Positions 57,102 to 64,000 of a stretch of 64,000 bases of DNA are shown here, one piece after another. The position numbers and the translations under genes were made by a program. The notes below the pieces were generated by a model. The model was not told the origin of the DNA. It did no database searches and was given only the letters and a program-made list of their open reading frames with translations. The DNA is taken from NCBI GenBank assembly GCA_964497315.1, contig CAZCCH010000003.1, positions 23,346 through 87,345 of the forward strand, written 5' to 3'. The DNA comes from an uncultured Planctomycetia bacterium (GTDB taxonomy: Bacteria; Omnitrophota; Gorgyraeia; Taenaricolales; CAZCCH01). The number at the start of each line of letters is the position of its first letter. Positions within the stretch are counted from its first letter, which is position 1.

Positions 57102-59582
57102 ATGGCAGAAAAATATCCTTTTAACAAAATAGAACCAAAATGGCAGAAGTTTTGGGAAAAAGAAAAGCTTTTTTATGTAGATACCAAAACCCCAAAAGAT
57201 AAATACTATGTTTTGGTTATGTTCCCGTATCCTTCCGGAGATTTACATGTCGGTCATGGCCGAAACTACATCATAGGCGATGCCGTAGCCAGATATAAAC
57301 TAATGAGGGGTTTTAACGTATTGACGCCCATGGGCTGGGATGCCTTTGGCCTTCCTGCTGAAAACGCCGCAATAAAATCAAATACCCACCCGAGGAACTG
57401 GACCTTAAAGAATATAAAAAGAATGAAGCAACAGCTTCATCAATGGGGTTGCTGCTATGACTGGAAAAGGGAGGTAACCTCTTGCCTGCCGGATTATTAT
57501 AAATGGACACAATGGATATTTTTAAAGCTTTTTGAAAGAGGTCTTGCCTATAAAAAACTTGCCTCGGTAAACTGGTGCTCACATTGCAAGACAGTTCTTG
57601 CCAATGAACAAGTAGTTGCAGGTACATGCGAGAGATGTCAGAGTGATGTTATAGAAAAAGACCTAGAGCAGTGGTTTTTTAAAATAACAGATTATGCACA
57701 AAGGCTCCTAGATGATTTGTCTCTCCTAGAAAAATGGCCGCAACGTGTAAGGATTATGCAAAAAAATTGGATAGGCAAAAGCGAAGGTGTAGAGATAGAT
57801 TTTCCTATTGAGGGAGGCAATGATAAATTAAGTTGTTTTACAACCAGGGTAGATACCATATTCGGTGCTACCTATATGGCAATTGCCTGTGAACATCCAA
57901 GGATTCATGAGTTAATTAAGAATTCAAAAAACAAAGATGAAATATTAGAATTTATTCACCGTGTAAAAAACCAACCAAAATCAGAAAGAGAATCAGAAGA
58001 AATAAAGAAAGAAGGTATCTTTACTGGTCGGTATTTAATAAATCCTGTAAATAATGAAAAGATACCACTTTGGATTACAAATTATGTATTACTAGCATAC
58101 GGCACAGGTGCTGTAATGGCTGTCCCTGCACATGATCAAAGGGACTTTGAATTTGCCAAAGAATACAATTTGCCTATAAAGATAGTAATTCAAAACCCAG
58201 ATGCCAAAAACCAAAAGGCAAAAGATTTAAAAGAGGCTTACATAAATAATGGTATAATGGTAAATTCTTCCCAGTTTGATGGAATAGATAACCAAGAGGC
58301 AATGGGGAAAATAGCCGATTGGATGGAGTCTAAAAAAATTGGCAGATGTGCTGTTAGTTACCGCCTAAGGGATTGGCTTATTTCCCGTCAGAGATATTGG
58401 GGAGCGCCAATTCCTATTGTGTATTGTGAAAAATGTGGCGTAGTGGCTGTACCAGAGGAAGATTTACCTGTATTACTACCTGAAAAAATAGCATTTAAGC
58501 CAACAGGAGAGTCCCCTCTTAAAGATGTGAAGAATTTCCTTAACACCAAATGTCCCAAATGTAAGAATAAAGCCAAAAGAGAAATAGACACCATGGATAC
58601 ATTTGTTGACTCAAGTTGGTATTATCTGCGGTATATATCACCAAAATTAAAAGAGGCGGTTTTTGATTCTCAATTCGTAAACGAATGGCTACCCATAGAT
58701 CAGTATATAGGCGGGGTAGAACATGCAATATTGCACCTTTTGTATTCAAGATTCATAACAAAGGTCTTTCATGATATGAACCTTGTAGCATTTTCAGAAC
58801 CCTTTGGAAGGCTTTTTACACAGGGTATGATTGTCAAAGACGGGGCGAAGATGTCAAAATCAAAGGGCAATGTAGTAAGTCCTGATGAGTTGATATCAAA
58901 GTTTGGAACAGATACAGTCAGGCTTTATACATTGTTTATAGGTCCCCCTGAAAAAGATGCCGAGTGGAATGACAGGGGAGTTGAGGGCGCATGGCGATTT
59001 TTAAATAGGGTTTGGAGAATAACAGAAGAGATTAAGAATTTAAAGGGAAAAATCGATAATTCTAAAGTAAGCTCCAGCGAAAGAAAATTCCAAGCCCTGA
59101 GACAAAAAACACACCTTACTATCAAAAATGTAACAGATGACATAGAACACAATTTTCATTTTAATACTGCTATAGCATTTATCATGGAATTGGTTAATGC
59201 AATGTATGCAGCATCAAATGATATTGAAACGGAAGAAGACTACCAGATAACACGTGATGCCATTGAAACAGTTGTTGTGCTACTTGCCCCATTTGCCCCC
59301 CACGTATCCGAAGAACTCTGGCAGAGGCTAGGGAATAAACCCAGCGTATTTCAACAACCTTGGCCTAAGTGTAATAAAGAATTTATCAAACAAGAGACAG
59401 TTACCATGGTGATACAAGTAAACGGAAAACTGCGCTCCAAGATAGATGTGCCCACCAACATAGAGCAAGAAAAATTAAAAGAACTTGTTCTATCCGATGA
59501 GAAAGTGAAGAAATTTCTCGGTGAGAAATCCATCAAGAAATTTATCGTAGTCCCTAAAAAAATAGTTAATATCGTTATATAA
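57102..59582 (+). CDS. leuS: Leucyl-tRNA synthetase
   Basis: MFPYPSG.LHVGH, GWDAFGLPAENAA, RDWLISRQRYWG, KMSKSKGN, QVNGKLR. Confidence 0.97.
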   Translation: MAEKYPFNKIEPKWQKFWEKEKLFYVDTKTPKDKYYVLVMFPYPSGDLHVGHGRNYIIGDAVARYKLMRGFNVLTPMGWDAFGLPAENAAIKSNTHPRNWTLKNIKRMKQQLHQWGCCYDWKREVTSCLPDYYKWTQWIFLKLFERGLAYKKLASVNWCSHCKTVLANEQVVAGTCERCQSDVIEKDLEQWFFKITDYAQRLLDDLSLLEKWPQRVRIMQKNWIGKSEGVEIDFPIEGGNDKLSCFTTRVDTIFGATYMAIACEHPRIHELIKNSKNKDEILEFIHRVKNQPKSERESEEIKKEGIFTGRYLINPVNNEKIPLWITNYVLLAYGTGAVMAVPAHDQRDFEFAKEYNLPIKIVIQNPDAKNQKAKDLKEAYINNGIMVNSSQFDGIDNQEAMGKIADWMESKKIGRCAVSYRLRDWLISRQRYWGAPIPIVYCEKCGVVAVPEEDLPVLLPEKIAFKPTGESPLKDVKNFLNTKCPKCKNKAKREIDTMDTFVDSSWYYLRYISPKLKEAVFDSQFVNEWLPIDQYIGGVEHAILHLLYSRFITKVFHDMNLVAFSEPFGRLFTQGMIVKDGAKMSKSKGNVVSPDELISKFGTDTVRLYTLFIGPPEKDAEWNDRGVEGAWRFLNRVWRITEEIKNLKGKIDNSKVSSSERKFQALRQKTHLTIKNVTDDIEHNFHFNTAIAFIMELVNAMYAASNDIETEEDYQITRDAIETVVVLLAPFAPHVSEELWQRLGNKPSVFQQPWPKCNKEFIKQETVTMVIQVNGKLRSKIDVPTNIEQEKLKELVLSDEKVKKFLGEKSIKKFIVVPKKIVNIVI

Positions 59583-59594
59583 GGTAAACTTCCC

Positions 59595-59945
59595 ATGATA
59601 AACCTTACTAAAAATGAGCGTTTGGTTATTTCTTTTTTAATATGCGTTATTCTTTTGGGCATAGGCGTTAGACACTATAGACATATTAGGCAGGAGGCAG
59701 TGCTTAACGCAGAAAATTTAGAGTTAGATAAAATTATTAAAGAAAAAGAAACCCCCATAAATATAAACACCGCAGACTTTAAAGATTTTATAAAATTACC
59801 TGGTATAGGGCCAAAGACAGCAGAAAAGATTCTAGAATACAGACAACTCAATAATCAGTTTTGGCATATTGAAGACTTAAAGAAAATAAAAGGCATCGGA
59901 GATAAGAAGCTTGAGAAGTTAAGAAAATATGTGACGGTTGAATAA
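59595..59945 (+). CDS. comEA: ComEA-like HhH DNA-binding protein
   Basis: N-terminal TM; ININTA, LPGIGPKTA..I..YR, IKGIG. Confidence 0.88.
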   Translation: MINLTKNERLVISFLICVILLGIGVRHYRHIRQEAVLNAENLELDKIIKEKETPININTADFKDFIKLPGIGPKTAEKILEYRQLNNQFWHIEDLKKIKGIGDKKLEKLRKYVTVE

Positions 59946-61337
59946 ATGCGCATAAAAAGAGCCTTGGTTTTTATATTCGTCGCTTTTTGCACAGGGATAT
60001 GGATAATTACGTTTTTAGATATCAGTTTATTTCCCCTTCCCGAGGAGCATATTACAAATTTCACACCCCAAGACCCAGAGGGGTTTTATTTAAAAGGTGT
60101 CGTAATATCTGACCCAGTTATCCAAAGAAGGACAAATGCCACATTTATACTAAAAGCCCAAAAGCTTAAAGCGAAAAAGGGCAACGACTGGCATGGTGTT
60201 ACAGGCCTTATTCAGGTAAAGGCCCAGGGTTTATACAAGCCCGTACGTTATGGCGATGCATTGCTCCTAAAGGGGCTTTTGCAAAAACCAAAGACAAAAC
60301 TCAACTCCAGGGATTTTGACTATAGAGCCTACCTGGGCAGAAAAAAGATTTATTCTTGCCTTTTTGTAAAAAAGCAAGGTTTCATTGAAACCTTAGCGAC
60401 GGATAAAGCAAATTATGCCATTGGGAAGATATTTGATTTCAAACAAACGCTAAGAAACCTACTTAAAAAACACATACATGAGGAACCAGAAAAACAAATC
60501 CTGGCAGGTATTTTACTGGGGGATAGAGAAAATATTCCATACAAGGTTAAAGAAAAATTTATAAACACAGGAACTGTTCATATATTAGCGATAAGCGGAC
60601 TTCATGTAGCACTAATTGCCTTTTTGCTATTAGGTCTATTTAATATTTTTCATGTTCCTAAAAGTGCAACCTATCCACTAGTGATTATTATCTTAATCGC
60701 ATATTCTATCCTTACGGGTGCCAGACCACCTATAGTCAGAGCTACTATAATGTCAGTTGTTTTTCTATGTGGATTCATTCTAAGGAGGCCAGCAGATCTT
60801 TTAAATGCACTTGCATTAAGTGGACTTATTATATTATGTAAAAATCCCATGCAGCTTTTTGATGCGGGGTTTCAACTATCATTTATTGCAGTAAGTTCGA
60901 TAATTTTTATTACCCCTAAGATAAGCACAGTTTTAAAAACAAACAAACCGTTACCGCGATATATAAAAAATGCCCTTTGTGTTTCTTTAGCGGCATGGAT
61001 TGGAACATTGCCTGTAGTGGCTTATTACTTTGGTATTATTTCCCCAGTTGCTGTAATAGCAAATGTATTCGTAGTTTTAGTTTTAAGTGCAATTGTCTCA
61101 ACCGGGCTTGCATTTTTTACTTTAAGTTTTTTTAGTTATACCCTTGGTTCTATATTTGCTTGTGCAACATCATTTTTTATAAGCTTTTTGATAAAAATAG
61201 TTAATTTTTTTAATAAAGTTCCCCTTGGGTTTTTTAAGATTGAAGTACCACCTGCTCTATTTATAGGCCTTTACTACGTGCTTCTTATAGGGGTTTTAGC
61301 TATCTATGCGAAGCTTGACAGAAGGCACTTTGTATGA
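59946..61337 (+). CDS. comEC: ComEC/Rec2 competence channel (OB + Competence domain, no C-terminal MBL domain)
   Basis: FDYRAYL, GTVHILAISGLH, RATIM, GFQLSF. Confidence 0.9.
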   Translation: MRIKRALVFIFVAFCTGIWIITFLDISLFPLPEEHITNFTPQDPEGFYLKGVVISDPVIQRRTNATFILKAQKLKAKKGNDWHGVTGLIQVKAQGLYKPVRYGDALLLKGLLQKPKTKLNSRDFDYRAYLGRKKIYSCLFVKKQGFIETLATDKANYAIGKIFDFKQTLRNLLKKHIHEEPEKQILAGILLGDRENIPYKVKEKFINTGTVHILAISGLHVALIAFLLLGLFNIFHVPKSATYPLVIIILIAYSILTGARPPIVRATIMSVVFLCGFILRRPADLLNALALSGLIILCKNPMQLFDAGFQLSFIAVSSIIFITPKISTVLKTNKPLPRYIKNALCVSLAAWIGTLPVVAYYFGIISPVAVIANVFVVLVLSAIVSTGLAFFTLSFFSYTLGSIFACATSFFISFLIKIVNFFNKVPLGFFKIEVPPALFIGLYYVLLIGVLAIYAKLDRRHFV

Positions 61338-61377
61338 TATAAGATATATACATAACGGACAAAAACAGAGGATTATA

Positions 61378-62349
61378 GTGAGAGAAAGAAAATATATTTA
61401 TATAATAGCCCTTCTTTTAGTGAGTAGTATTTTCACCTCTAGTGGGTGCGCTTATGCTTTCTGGATTTGGACCCCCCAGAGCAAAAAATGGGTAAATCCT
61501 AAAAATGAGCCCCGCTCAGTACCAAAGGAACAATTCGAATGGGCTATGAGTTTTTATAACAAGGCAAAGTACAAAAAGGCCCGTAGCGAGTTCAAAAAGC
61601 TTATTAAAAAATACTCAAGTTCCAAATTCGCATCAGAGGCCCAATATCATATAGGGCTATGCTATCAGGCAGAAGAAGAGTACTATCAGGCATTTTTGGC
61701 CTACCAGAAACTAATAGAATCCTACCCTTATTCTGAAAGAATAGATGATATCGTGAAGAGGCAGTATGAAATAGGAAAGATATTTCATGGAGGTTATAAG
61801 TCTAAGCTTTTAGGGTGGGCCATTTTACCCTCTACGGATAGGGCAATTGAGGTTTTTCAAAAGGTCGCAGAAAACGCACCTTATAGCCCTTATGCGGATA
61901 AGGCATTGTATCACTTGGGACTGAATTATAAAAAGATGCTCAAGTACCAAGAAGCGAAGGAGACCTTTGAGAAAATTACCGAGCAGTATCCTGAAAGTGA
62001 GCTAGTCGATGATGCTAGATTCCAGATAGGTTTGTGTTCAGCTGAAGCTTCCAAGGAAGCGGTTTATGACCAGGTTAAGACTGAAGAGTCTATTGAGGAA
62101 TTTGAAGATTTTATAAAAGTCCATCCAGAGAGCGAGAAGACCAAAGAGGCAGAAGTCTTAGTGGATGAGTTAAGATCAAAGAAGGCAGAGTCAATTTTCG
62201 TTGCTGCCAGGTTCTATGAAAAGCGAAAAAAATACGAAAGCGCAACCATTTATTACAACCAACTCTTAAAAGACTACGCGGATACAGCCTGGGCACCCAA
62301 GGCCCTTGAACGACTTGAGGTGCTAAAGCAAAAGGGGAAGATAGAATAG
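61378..62349 (+). CDS. bamD: Outer-membrane assembly factor BamD-like TPR protein
   Basis: Signal peptide then FWIWTP; TPR repeats with YP.S motifs; ARFYEK...A.IYY; located before lptE-holA; start GTG 61378 after GAGGA. Confidence 0.75.
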   Translation: MRERKYIYIIALLLVSSIFTSSGCAYAFWIWTPQSKKWVNPKNEPRSVPKEQFEWAMSFYNKAKYKKARSEFKKLIKKYSSSKFASEAQYHIGLCYQAEEEYYQAFLAYQKLIESYPYSERIDDIVKRQYEIGKIFHGGYKSKLLGWAILPSTDRAIEVFQKVAENAPYSPYADKALYHLGLNYKKMLKYQEAKETFEKITEQYPESELVDDARFQIGLCSAEASKEAVYDQVKTEESIEEFEDFIKVHPESEKTKEAEVLVDELRSKKAESIFVAARFYEKRKKYESATIYYNQLLKDYADTAWAPKALERLEVLKQKGKIE

Positions 62350-62400
62350 TAGTAGCATTTTAAGTTATAAAACCCATATCTAAACCAAAAACCAATCCAA

Positions 62401-62949
62401 ATGACCAATATACTTAAACCCAAAATTTTTATCTCTATCTTTTTCTTGATACTTATCGCTGGGTGTGGATATACTACCAAGACTTTAGTCCCCACAAAAT
62501 ACAAGACTATATATGTAGAAACATTTAAGAACAAGATTGATATAACCCAGGAAGTTAGTCAAAAAGACCCATTTAAGGTATACAGGCCATTTCTGGAAGT
62601 CGATATCACAAATGCTGTGATAGACAGGTTTATCTACGATGGGAACCTGACAGTTACAAAAGACTCACACGCAGACCTTATACTCACAGGAAACCTAATG
62701 GGGTTTGTTAAGCAACCACTTAAATATGCAGATAGTGATGAAATAGAAGAATACAGACTTAACCTGGTGGTTGATTTTGCTGTTAAAGGAGCCAGTGACG
62801 AAAAGATAATTTTAGAAGCAAAGAATCTAGTGGGTGACACTACTTATTTTACAACAGGCACACTTGCCAAGACAGAAGAAACTGCTTTAGTGAATGCGAT
62901 TGATGACTTGGCACGAAGGATCGTCGAAAGAACCGTTGAGTTTTGGTAA
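62401..62949 (+). CDS. lptE: LptE-family lipoprotein
   Basis: Lipobox IAGCGY, TIYVETFKN, ADLILTG, EYRL; immediately upstream of holA. Confidence 0.8.
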   Translation: MTNILKPKIFISIFFLILIAGCGYTTKTLVPTKYKTIYVETFKNKIDITQEVSQKDPFKVYRPFLEVDITNAVIDRFIYDGNLTVTKDSHADLILTGNLMGFVKQPLKYADSDEIEEYRLNLVVDFAVKGASDEKIILEAKNLVGDTTYFTTGTLAKTEETALVNAIDDLARRIVERTVEFW

Positions 62950-63740
62950 AAAAAGTGGAGAGACTGTTTTTACTCATTAATCAAGATGGCTCCCAAAGGC
63001 AAGAAACCCTTAAAAAGATAAGGTCTAAGTTTTTAGATAAGACTAACTTTGAATTTAACTATCATACATTTTATCCTAAAGAGACTAACTTAAAAGAAGT
63101 TTTACAGCAGGGTGCCACAGCGGGTTTTTTATCAAAACACAGGGTAGTAGCACTTAGAGACGTTAACCGTCTCAACCTTAAACAAAAAGAGATACTTCGT
63201 GAGTTTATAAAACGCCAACCCAAAAGCTGTGTATTAATATTAGACGCTGCTATCCTCCCACCAAGTGATATTATTTACAAGACAGTAAATTCTAGTGGCA
63301 GGATAGTTAATTTGGGCACAACTCAAGCGAGGCGGAGGGGACAGGCGTTTGGAGCAGATACCTTCCGGTTGGCAGATGCCGTCGGCTTAAAAAAATGTAG
63401 CCTTGCTTTAAATTTACTTAATAGATTATCTCAAGAAGCCATAGAGCCTTCGGAAATAGTAGGTGTCTTAGGATGGCACCTGCGACGCATGTGGAAGGCC
63501 AAGCGACTCATAAATAAAGGCGTAGATAAGTCACAGGTGGCTAGAACGATAGGTATTCCTCAATTTTTTATGGATAGTTTTTTTAGGCAGGTTGGGCAAT
63601 TTTTGATGGAAGATATTGAAACAGCGATTTCACAGCTTTTGAAAATAGATGTCGCTACTAAGACAAGAAAGGTTAGCCCCTTTCAAGAACTTGAGCAGTT
63701 TATAATAAGATTGAGCAGTACCTCATTAGCCAGAGCGTGA
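62943..63740 (+). CDS. holA: DNA polymerase III delta subunit (short form)
   Basis: FNY..FY, GFLS.HRVV, F.LADAV, LLKIDVATKT, LEQFII; conserved holA-rpsT convergent arrangement. Confidence 0.82.
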   Translation: MVKKVERLFLLINQDGSQRQETLKKIRSKFLDKTNFEFNYHTFYPKETNLKEVLQQGATAGFLSKHRVVALRDVNRLNLKQKEILREFIKRQPKSCVLILDAAILPPSDIIYKTVNSSGRIVNLGTTQARRRGQAFGADTFRLADAVGLKKCSLALNLLNRLSQEAIEPSEIVGVLGWHLRRMWKAKRLINKGVDKSQVARTIGIPQFFMDSFFRQVGQFLMEDIETAISQLLKIDVATKTRKVSPFQELEQFIIRLSSTSLARA

Positions 63741-63998
63741 TGAGGAAGTGATTTTTTTTGCAAGGCGGGATTTTTTCCTTGAGGCAGTATTTTTGTGGAT
63801 AATATTTTTAGAAGCAGCCTTATCTAGGCGACTCGCCAGTTTTTTTAGTGCTTCTTTGGCCTGATCAAGTTTTTTTTCTGATATTAATATTTGTATTTGT
63901 TTTGCCCTGGTTTTTAAATCTGATTTTACACCTATGTTTTTAAGGTGTCTTTTGTGGCTTTTTCGTAATTCTTTCTTGGCGGATTTTTTAATTGGCAC
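63726..63998 (-). CDS. rpsT: 30S ribosomal protein S20
   Basis: P..KSAKK.LR, LDKAA.K.IIHKNTASRKKSRL. Confidence 0.97.
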   Translation of the reverse strand: MPIKKSAKKELRKSHKRHLKNIGVKSDLKTRAKQIQILISEKKLDQAKEALKKLASRLDKAASKNIIHKNTASRKKSRLAKKITSSSRSG

Positions 63999-64000
63999 TT

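Overview
Low-GC diderm bacterial chromosome segment; nearly all genes are on the + strand. The gene content and order (leuS-comEA-comEC-bamD-lptE-holA-rpsT, PAP2-L,D-transpeptidase-accA, giant modular ORFs) suggest Candidatus Omnitrophota (PVC superphylum), which is an inference. The main signal lies in the first 17 kb. A 5'-truncated giant ORF (>4560 aa) and a following ~1015-aa signal-peptide ORF are both built from unrelated modules separated by a short recurring peptide, [A/S/T]-R-[F/Y]-[S/T/A]-E (19 + 5 copies). Recognisable modules are a PfkB kinase, a receiver domain, an alpha/beta hydrolase, a Glu/Leu/Phe/Val dehydrogenase, a phosphothreonine-lyase/LanKC-N-like domain and possibly a RelE/HigB-like domain. 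The two genes also have similar C-terminal tails and near-identical terminators. I interpret this as a candidate secreted polyprotein ('cargo cassette') system processed at the motif. The rest of the window holds a CCA-adding enzyme, an NCS2 permease, PolX, a NikR-regulated porin + Ni/Co ECF operon, intein-bearing NrdJ, ApgM, two Ddl-like ligases with a KamA-like enzyme, an SRPBCC/acyl-ACP-reductase-like + SDR + HxxxDG acyltransferase + membrane histidine kinase cluster, a folate/purine cluster with intein-bearing FolE, PilT, tRNA-Leu(CAA) and tRNA-Ala(GGC) flanking an HTH/LAGLIDADG-like gene, and housekeeping genes. All calls were made by eye from motifs; no database searches were run.
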